Source: Gordius albopunctatus
Taxonomy: Eukaryota
NCBI GenBank assembly: GCA_964276515.1
Contig: OZ193909.1
Location: 18,848,001 to 18,912,000, forward strand
Direction: 5' to 3'
Length of the DNA: 64,000 nt
A program made the position numbers and the translations under genes. A model generated the notes under the pieces. It saw only the letters and a program-made list of their open reading frames with translations. It was not told where the DNA came from and ran no database searches. Position 1 is the stretch's first letter; every line of letters starts with the position of its first letter. Positions 13,201 to 22,800 of the stretch are shown piece after piece.

Positions 13201-15516
13201 TATTTCCCATTTTTATAATACTTAGAACTTAGCCTTTACAATGTTTCTGCATCGAATAAACAAAATCTTGAACAAAAAAATTTTATTGCATAAATAAGGG
13301 TGAAATTTATCGAAAATTGGCGAAATTTTCAGTTTCTCCGCGTAAAGTCCTCCATTTTCAACTTAAAATCACAATTTTTGTTGGGTTTTAAAAAACATTT
13401 CTTTCTAATTAATCTCATTTCCTTAAAACTATATACATCCAATTTTTAGATGAAATTATAATTAAATTTACCGTGAATTAAAGGCAGTGAATTTGAAATT
13501 ATCAAAATATTAAAGTTACGTTGAGGGATTTCAATTTAAAATCAATTTGGACAATTTTATAAATTAAAACAACATTTTTTCCTATTAGATAAATAACAAC
13601 ACACGACAACGGGGAAATATTGAAAAATTTAAAATTGTCAAATTTTCTCCCTGCTTAAATGTTGTTTTAAATATTTTCTAGCAAACAAATAGACAAATTT
13701 TCCCATAGCATCTATATTATAGGATTTAAAGGGAAAAAATTTCAAAGTAATATAAAAATGAAATAAATAAAAATATTTTTTGCCTAATAATGTTTAAAGC
13801 ATGGGAAAAGGACACATTTTTAAATTTTGTTTAAGATGTTAAATCTTAGCTGTTCCAACTATTGCCCCTCCCCCCAAAACATTTTCGCCCCGCCCCCTGT
13901 AATTCCAGTGATCCCTACGACTATGGATGCTCTGACCGAACCTTAAAGGTGTTGGACATAGCATTAGTAGAGATGGGATGGTTGTACTGTTTCAAACATA
14001 AGGAAAGTTTTTTGGCTTTATTTACAAGGTAAATGTTTTAAAGAGTCAAAATTAAAGGCAGCAATGATTTTGTTATGCACTTTAATAAAATTACGATACA
14101 TTTAATCCAAAAAACGAAAGGTCAAACAATAACTTATTTGCTATGCAATTCTAAGGTCGTGTGGGCACAATTTGACAATTTCGATGTTTAATTGTATATA
14201 GAATATATTAAAAATTGACGAGAGTTGAAAAATATTGCAGAATTCATATGAGAAAAGGCAGAGAAATACATAATGTCAGGGATCTTAAAACAGGGCAGAA
14301 CATTACACTCTTCCCATTCTATTTTATGAATGATTCATTTTAAATTAGGTTAAAAAAAATTTGATATATATTAAGAAAAAGATCAGTGTCAGTATTTAAA
14401 ACATTTTTTAATCAATTACCGTTTTTATAATGTTCTTACGTTCATAATATATATAAAAAAAAGATAAAAAAAGATTTTTTATTTTTAAAGAAACAAAAAT
14501 CTATAAATTTTAGTAAATATTTAGCATGTGTTTGAATATAATAATACCTGTAGGAATATTAATTTTGTAATCTGTGGAAAGGATCTGACTAGTAACTCCT
14601 GTTCCACATATGAGGAGTGATATAATTTGTCCAAGCAACACACATTCCCATAAATGTCTTTATACATTTAAAGTGTAAATATGTTAAATTTTATAATAAA
14701 ACAAAACAAAATAAGCTAAATATGTAATATTATATGAAAGGTTAATTATAGTTAAATAAAATGGTTAAATACACTTATTTGAAAGATAAATTAAAGTTAT
14801 ATATAATGGCAATCAATAGCTTTTTTCTATATAATGTATGTTTTTATTAGTAATATGGCTGAATTGGAATAATGTGTAGAGGGAAAAAATTAAATTATTT
14901 AAGCTCATAGGCTTATCACTAAGAAAAAAATAAAATAAAGAATTAAATTAAAGTCAATTTAATCAAGAGACAAATTGAAATAAAATGTTTTGAACGTTTT
15001 AATAAATATAATTTTAGATAATAAGTTTTTAGAGATTAAGTCACTACCTTTTATAATTTTTTAGATGAGGGAGATTAATAATTAATCATACCTGTTTTTT
15101 TTCTATTTATAACTTTTATAATGATGAGCCTGAGGTTAATTAAGGAACTGTGATTTTTTGTTCAAAACATTTACAATATTCATTGTTTAAAAAAAACAAA
15201 TATTACAAAGAATTGACAATAACTAATTCAATATTTACAGTTTAAATGTATAAAGAACAATTTTAGATTCAAAAATATCAAAATATATAGCATTTTGCTT
15301 AAAATAGTTAGAATTAAGATTGTTATTGCATTTAAAATATGCCATGTTTGCATATAAAAATTCTAAAAGGAAGGTTTTTATTTCCGGCATATGTATAAAA
15401 ATTCCATAATTAGCTTATATTTACCTTGATTTAACAGATATAATGGTAGCATTAAAAATGTTTGTTAAATTTGGTCTCTTATAATCAGATATAAAAACAG
15501 GTGGTTTAAAAGGCAT
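7219..15516 (-). CDS. SLC35F2: Solute carrier family 35 member F1/F2-like transporter (complete)
   Basis: Exons in transcript order: 15516-15425 (MPFKPPVF...), 14657-14548 (LLGQIISLLICGTGVTSQIL..INIPT), 13015-12810 (AQSFLNYLLL..DVQANYLIVKAYQYTTLTSIQ), 11527-11350 (LLDCMIIPVVLVLS), 10091-9935 (GDMLCLVAACLYGVSNVAQEY), 9081-8871 (LNLSILSADFY), 7470-7219. All junctions are GT-AG and in phase. F1 versus F2 orthology cannot be resolved. Confidence 0.92.
8516..8753. mobile_element. MITE nested inside a TGTTGTAAA-family MITE
   Basis: TIRs AAACCATAGAATGGCGAACAGCTG (8516-8539) and CAGTTGTTCGTCAGTCTATGGTTT (8730-8753) are 21/24 complementary. Confidence 0.65.
10132..11150. repeat. CGGGC-rich non-autonomous element remnant with three degenerate internal tandem units (SLC35F intron)
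   Basis: Recurring TAAGTCAAxAAGCTTT..ATCATTT..GGGGC units at ~10209, ~10388 and ~10518; GGGCC/CCCGA subterminal motifs; the right end reads ..GTAGCTCTA. Confidence 0.45.
11660..12030. repeat. Degenerate AT-rich minisatellite (three ~120-150-bp units)
   Basis: Variants of TTATTTGTATCCAGGAAA.TTATAA..ATATAAAAA..TAAAATCCA at ~11683, ~11829 and ~11952. Confidence 0.55.
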
Positions 15517-15876
15517 TTTTTAAAGGTAATTATAATTTAGCCAATTCGTTACAATTTAAACCTAAGTCTAATAGTGTTAGTGTTTACCTTACTAAAGGTT
15601 TGTTCACTGGTAGTAGACGTTTCGACAATTGATGTTATGTAGGATAAAGTAATAATTACTATATATATATATTATATTTTTTTTATAATGCTTGTATCTT
15701 TACATAAAACAAATAATAAATTAAATTTTATTATTACGCGTATGTACTACGTTACTAAATTGTATAAAGTTAATTACCAATTAATAAAATTGGCAGTTTC
15801 TATTAATTGGGCAGATTAAAAAAATTTGATTAATATAAATATTTTAAAAATTTAGGCATACAAATTTGTTGTTTTA

Positions 15877-18012
15877 CTAGCTGACCCGGCAAACGTTGTT
15901 TTGCTATATACATTATTTCTATAAAATACTATAAATGATGTGCATGCTCATCGTTATGCCTCGATCATATAATGAACGATTAAAATATAATTGTCCTATG
16001 AGAAATAATTCACGAACTTAATGTAGGAAGAATTAACACGCTAAATACAAAATATAAACACAGAAAGCAGAGTACTTAACATCAAATTTTTTATTGCATT
16101 GCTTTACACATTTTGCCTATATAAATATACTGTCAAATAAATTAATACATGCCTAAAGAATTATTTAATTTGTAAATTGCCTCAGGTTTGTTTTTTCAAT
16201 AAAGGTGCTAAAAACTTTTTTTGGTCCTATTGCAAAATCACGATTCTGGCAAATGGCCGTTTTCGGACTTTAATCAAAACCCCAACCCGCCCTAAAAATA
16301 TGAAATATTTTTAAGCCTGAACATATTTTAGCTCACCTATTTGGGTAAACTCCAATTCTGCTTACATCAGCTTAGAAACCTTAGATATATCATAGGCCGC
16401 CAACCGAGCTTTATTGCAATAGAATCTCATTGTTATCATGTTTTGCTAATATATTGTGTAGTTTAAGCTAACAGGTACTATTATAGACGTAGCCCGACCC
16501 TTTACCATCAATTTGCCCTCTGTTAATTTTTACTATTACTTAAATTGCATAGCAAATGAATGCTCCCATACGAATTTAGAAGAGCCTAATAAGACCACAC
16601 AAAGACAGCAAGTAGACAGGGGGTTAAGGGGCGGAGCTCCTTGAGTAAGGTTTAGAGGGACAGCCCCAGCCGGAGTACAGAGGTGAAGCCTTTTGTTTGA
16701 ATCTTTTTCTTCTTTATCAGGTATTTGGTCGCACGGTCGTGGGGTTTGTTTTGATAAGCTTCTTGCATCTTGACCGGGTGAGTGCCATGTCTTGACTACT
16801 CTTTAGATTTCATAACTTTAACGCCTTGCCCGTTCCATGTGACACGGGTTTGTCCTCTTCCTCTCTTCTCCGGCACCTCTATGTCCATTACATTTCGATT
16901 TAGGTCATTCGTATCCCCTTAGTATATCTTCATACCACCTTAACCGATTTTCGTTAATCATGTCCGCTATAGGTTGAATATTTATTTTTGCCATGAGAAG
17001 GTCATTCGTCATACGGTCGAGCTTAGCTTACCCCAAGCTTCACCGTAGAATTCTCATCTCTGTGGCATTTATAAGCTTTCCTTCCCTGGTGTTTAATGCC
17101 GATGCAATTTTTAATTCCTTAATTAATTTATTATCATAATGTCAAGTTCGACAAAAAATAAGGTTTTTTTAAACTCACTTTGTTGTTCACATGTATTCTA
17201 TCTTTATTTAATTATTTTAATAATCCACAGTCCAGGTTTAAAATGCTCCATAAAATGACCACTGTCTTACGTTAATTTGTATGAGTAGTTCGGCCCCAGG
17301 CGAAAAGCATTTTTAATTTTGCGCCCAAATCGAGCCCGGAGCAACAACATTAATCTCGGTTATTTCCGAAACATGCGAATATTCCCTAACTCCCTAAGCA
17401 ATTCCTCCTTTTTGTTTAAAATATGCCTAAATATACAGCATTAAAAAACTGAGATATTATGAGGGGTCGTAAAAAAGCATTGCCCACAAACCTTACTTTG
17501 GTCAATAAGTTATCAGTGTACTTAGATAATTCATAAAAACTTAAAGCAACCGGTATAAGCATGGACGTAGCCAAGCCCCCAAACATTCCTCCCCTGCTTA
17601 AATTTCATAGCAAATGAAATGTTTTTCAACGAAGTGTAGAAGAGCTTAGGTTAAAGGCTCAACAAAAAACAACACGGGGTCGTAAAAAGTTTCCATTTTC
17701 CGCAGCACATGCCTACATTTAGAAAATACCATAAGAGATACACTTTTACTAAAGAACTTTATATTCAAATTTCCAAAGCAGACGATAAATACGCAGTACG
17801 TCATGAGGTTGCGTTTGATTGACGGTTTATTAAACGTCAAAACATATAAAACTAAATAACTTGACCGTCTTATAACTTAGAGATTTGGAATATAGTTTAA
17901 AATCTAGGCTCAGACCTACCAATCATTCGCAGAAATTTCTATCTAAATCGGTCCAGCCGTTTCGGAGGAGTTAAACCACCCACACCGTTTCACGTGATTT
18001 TTATATATTAGA
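15877..18012 (-). mobile_element. Non-autonomous Helitron with nested insertions
   Basis: Minus-strand 5' end A|TCTAATATATAAAAATC (18012) and 3' end ..GCCGGGTCAGCTAG|T (15877), with subterminal hairpin GCAAAcgttgtTTTGC (15889-15904). A|T insertion site, no TSD. Confidence 0.8.
16700..17095 (-). mobile_element. RTE-clade LINE 3' fragment (decayed), inside the Helitron
   Basis: Translates with stops as ATEMRILR*SLG..DRMTND..ENRLRWY..VPEKRGRGQTRVTW, a typical RTE C-terminus. Confidence 0.75.
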
Positions 18013-18253
18013 TATTAATGCCATATTGAGACGCTGAGCTAGCATCGACAAAAATAATTAATACCTTCACTATTCTAAACATTTGATTTAAAATAATATG
18101 ATTTGTTCCTAAAGAATTTATTGCATTTTTATTATTATTATATTTTCATAGAAACCACAAAGGTGCGTGTAGATATGTTGCGTGCCTCCATTGACTTAAT
18201 TGTCTCATTTACATTACCTTACTACTTTGCGACGTTAATTGACCAATCAAGCA

Positions 18254-18380
18254 TACCTCGCGGATTCACCACTAAATGTAATTGATTTGTTTATACCTCG
18301 CGGAGGCACCACTAAACTTAAATGATTTATTCAATTAATTCACGAGTATAAAAAGAGTTTAGTGGTGCCTCCGCGAGGTA
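18254..18380. repeat. Short direct plus inverted repeat (possible miniature TA-flanked MITE)
   Basis: TACCTCGCGGAGGCACCACTAAACT (18294-18318) has a perfect 25-bp reverse complement at 18356-18380 and an imperfect direct copy at 18254-18276. Confidence 0.7.
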
Positions 18381-19499
18381 AAACGAGTTAAAAGTTACTT
18401 AAAATTTTTAAATCTCAATTATGTATTTGATGTATAGTGCAAAACTTTTGCTTAACTATTATTATAATATTACCCTCCCTATAGAACGTTTTATTTAATT
18501 GTATTATTTTATTTATCAATTCATTTTTGTTTTAATCTGATAATTTCTACTTGCATAGGACGAAATATTATTATAACATAATTATTTTTTAACGCCCTCT
18601 AATGCTCCTGTAAATAAATCTCGTAAAAAATATTTAAATATAGCGTTTAATTATTTTTTCATTCGCCACACTATGATTTATTCACACATCTGATTCGGGT
18701 GTTAATAATTATTTTGGCAATATATTTTGATGTAATTGTATTCGGTTAATGAAAATATTTCAGACATGGTGCACCATTTTTATAGTTATCAAACAATATT
18801 ATTTTACGTACAAGAAACAAGGTCAATAATTAGATTCAAATAATAATAAAATGATAAACATTTTAAACATGGTATACTAACCTTTTTACAGTAATTTCAA
18901 GAAGTAACTCAATTAATTTAGCGCCTTATAATACACATTTATCTTAAATTATGATGGTCCGGTTCGGGTGGAAAACTTTGAAATGCTTTCGGGTCGGGTT
19001 CGGGTTGAAAATTTTTATATGCTTTCGGGTCGGGTCGTGTTGGATTTAAAGTGTAGGGTCAAAGGTTATGAATCTTACATTGCAGAATACATGGGACATA
19101 TTTTTAAAAATAGAGCTATCATCATGTACAATATTCTTTAATTAATATCGAAATTTAAATTTAAACTCCTTATGTTTTTTTTTAAAATCTGATTGTTTTA
19201 ATTTTAACGCAAATTTGAATTTGAATCGTGAAAGGTAAAATATATCAACAAAATAATATTTTTAAATTGTATTTAAATAGTGTGAAGTGGTAGTTCATTA
19301 TTAATTTAAACTACATGAATATATATTCATAAAACAAATAAGATTATGTTTAAATTTATTAAATGATGATTCATTTGCAAAACTCTATATTTTAAATTGA
19401 ATGTGACCTGATATTGCATGCTATCCCTGCCACCCCTTGGCTACGCCCATGCACACCGCAATTTTTCTTACTCTCGCGTTGGATACCAAAATTTGAAAC

Positions 19500-19703
19500 A
19501 CGTTCGGAAGGGGTTCGGTTAAAACTTTTTTAACACTTTCGGTTCGGGCCGGGTCGGGTTCGGATTAAAAATTTTAAAATGATTCGGTTCGGGTCGAGTT
19601 GAAAATTTTAAAATGCTTTCGGATTGGGTCGGATCCGGGTTGAAAATTTAAAAAAAAATCGGGTCGGGTTGGGGTTGAAAAAAAATGACTTTGCAGTTCT
19701 CTA
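19500..19703. mobile_element. hAT-type MITE end with (CGGGT/CGGTT)n subterminal arrays
   Basis: Ends GACTTTGCAGTTCTCTA (reverse complement TAGAGAACTGCA); related copies at ~1828-1935 and ~18955-19087. Confidence 0.65.
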
Positions 19704-19826
19704 ATATATAGTCTGAATGTCAGAAGTAGTTTATTTCATTTGTAACAATAAAGTATAAGTGTAAAATTAATATCAGTATATTTATAATATCTTTAATAAC
19801 ATAAAGTAAACAAAACTGAAATCCAT

Positions 19827-22800
19827 CTAATATTCATCGATATAGTGTATAATCTGTTTCGAACTTTTCAATTTGTATCTTTTCCATCTACGTTGTATAA
19901 CTATCACTGCTTTGAGCAGCGTTCCAGTTGTGTAAATAATTTTTTTAGGAACTATGACACCAAAAAACTCGTTAAATTTTTGTTCAAACAATTGGCAAGG
20001 ACCTGCCAACCATGCTAAAATAACTGGGTCTTCGTAAAATTTTGCTTCCGCGTTTTCTCCTTCTACAAAAGGCAGCTCGCACTGTGTCAAATGGTACCAA
20101 GATGTTGCTTTAAAGACATCTACGCTAGATACAGTATGGCCGGAGTAAACGGGTAAGTTCATGTGCGAAATTATGGTTTGATTAGGAGCTTCCAGCCGCA
20201 AGGGACCCATCATACGAGTCAAAAAATCAGAAAGCATGCTTAATTCCATATATGGACTTCCATCGGTCGAATCATCCCACAAGAGCAGATACAAATCGAT
20301 ATCCTCACCACTGATAGGTCGATCTGCTGATTGCTTGTCGTCGTCTTCATCATTGGCATACACAAAATATTCCGCCATGATGGCTTGGTATAGCATACTT
20401 GCAACCAGGTTAAAGATCATGAATGAGGTGACATAAAAAGAAACGGCATCAGGGTTCATGTTGTGATGTTTGGGCATGTAAGGGTTATCACTAATGCTTC
20501 GACCAGCTGCGGATTTAAGGACTGGTGGTATCAAGTTAAGCCATTCATCCTCGTTACCGGGATCGTGAAGGCTCCTTTTGATTTCATGAACTTTGGTCTT
20601 CGTAGTCAAAAGGATAAGGACGGACAAGCTGTGCCAAAGGGTTTTGAAATTGAAATGGTGCACGTTAAACACGGCAGTTTGTGATACATCGTCGTGAAAG
20701 AAAAATGTTCCTATTGATGCGTATAGTAAGATAAGGACCATGTGGACCGAGATCACCATCATGAGAGAAGGCAACGCCGATACAATTACCTTTATCAATT
20801 TGTAAACTTTTGGGAATATTTCGAAAATCCTTGAAGCTTCTAGTAACCTGAGTACCAACAAGAGGTGATACATATAAGCATTTATGTTTTTTCCAATTCC
20901 AGCTGAACTTAGGAGCATGGCTATTATGGCACCTAAGTTAAAGAGGTTAGTGAGCTGCAGAAAATAACAGGCTCTTTGACCAAGAACCTTGATAATAAAT
21001 TCCATGCCAAAGAATGTGAAGAATATTAAGTCGGCTGCCTGGTGTAGGCTCTCACCTTGCTCGGACAATTCGTAAGAGTCAAAGGCCATAATAATGGCGT
21101 TAAGTATTATGATCATGTGACAATACGTCTGATACTCGCTTGACAAATTTATCTTGTAAAACACGCGTAGTATGCCGTCTTTGGGCTTGCGAACCATTTG
21201 CAATAGGCTCACGTCAAACATCCGTTTCACCTTATTCATCCAGATTTGGGCTTTAGACGGATTGAGTATATCATCAATATTCTGTTTTCGTTCGACTTCC
21301 ATCCCTTTGAAAGTATCAAATATTACACCTATGAAGAGGGAAAAAAGAAAGTAGGAACCGCCAATTAGGAAGAGCATGTAAAAAATGGTAACAGCCAACC
21401 TCGGTTCGCCCTTAACTCCCATTCCAATTCCTTGCGATCTGATCCCTGCCATCACAATCCCCTCCATATCTTGGTAAATAGTCAAAAATTTTAGGGCATC
21501 TAAGGCATAGAGTATGTTATCGAAATTTGCATAACGTCTCTTCCAGGCAAACCCCCGTTTTTCGCACATAGTTTGGTTTAAGTTAACTTCGCGTTCGTTT
21601 CTAATGCACTCGTAACCCATACCTTTGAGTAGTGAAACGCCGATCGAAGCGAATATCAGCCATATTACGAACGATAGTAAGAAGCTATTGCACAGGGCTG
21701 TCATTGTTTTGATTATGGTTTTGTATGTGACAACGACAGCATCAATCTGTGCGATGAGTAGGAAGAGACGACAAAAGATTAAAACTCGCCTAAGCTTTTT
21801 CATGTAATAGGCGAGCGTCCAATCTATATATGTTATCGAGATGAGGGTGCCCAGCAAGACTTTACTCATGAACATGGGGCTTAGAACAGTATTACGAGTA
21901 CCTTTAATTGCCACGCTAATAATTATTTCCCCTATAATGTATATCATAACGAAAAGCTCCGAAAGATTTAAAATCCAGCTTCTATATGGGGAATTTAAGG
22001 CGAATATATCGTCGAATAATAATATAGTTGCGGAAGTCGATATGGTGATTACTTCTATAAGCGTCATATACCATTTATCTAACATGTTTATTACTCGCAA
22101 CCTAACGCCATTGACTTCGTTGTCATCAGGGTTTAGACAAAGGCAAATATCATCCACCTGAACTAGAACGGCCGTCATAATACTATTCATAAAATTTGTG
22201 AGAGTTTTTAAAAAATTCATTATGGTGGAGGTATCGAATAAAGGCTGATTCACTTTGATGGTGGTAGCCATGGAATGGAAAAGAATGCCTTCGAACAAAA
22301 AAATCATGACGGCAAAGATGGGTACACCTCCCAAAAAATATATCATGCAAAAAGAGGCAGGTGATTCGGTTTCGGCTAGGCATTGTTGAATTGGTTTGTA
22401 TATTTGTCCGCATAATATCATAATATTTATGACAAGGGCTCGGGATATTACGTAAAAGGGATTTTCAAGTGGGTCCACTGAACGATAATAGTGCCGGAAC
22501 AGGTGATATCCTATTATAGACCACACATAAATAATAATGAACAAGATGACGAAGTATACAAGAATGGTAATCATGAAGTCACCCAATTTCATAGACATTT
22601 TTCGAATATATGGTAATCTTAGGGCTCTCATTATCTTCAAAGATCTTAGGACAGCCATCAATGTATGAAGTTCCACGTCTAAATGTGCGAAAGAAAAGTC
22701 CCCTAGCAACAGAATGACTTCTAGCAAACCAGCCAAGTTCAGTAGAACCTCCCACACGTCCAATAGACCTTCCAAACGTCCTTTATTAGCAGCGACTCTT

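Noticed and set aside
16337..16439. Alternative first coding exon of SLC35F
   Set aside because: ATG frames hit stops before the donor and it lies inside the Helitron; 15516-15425 gives an in-phase start.
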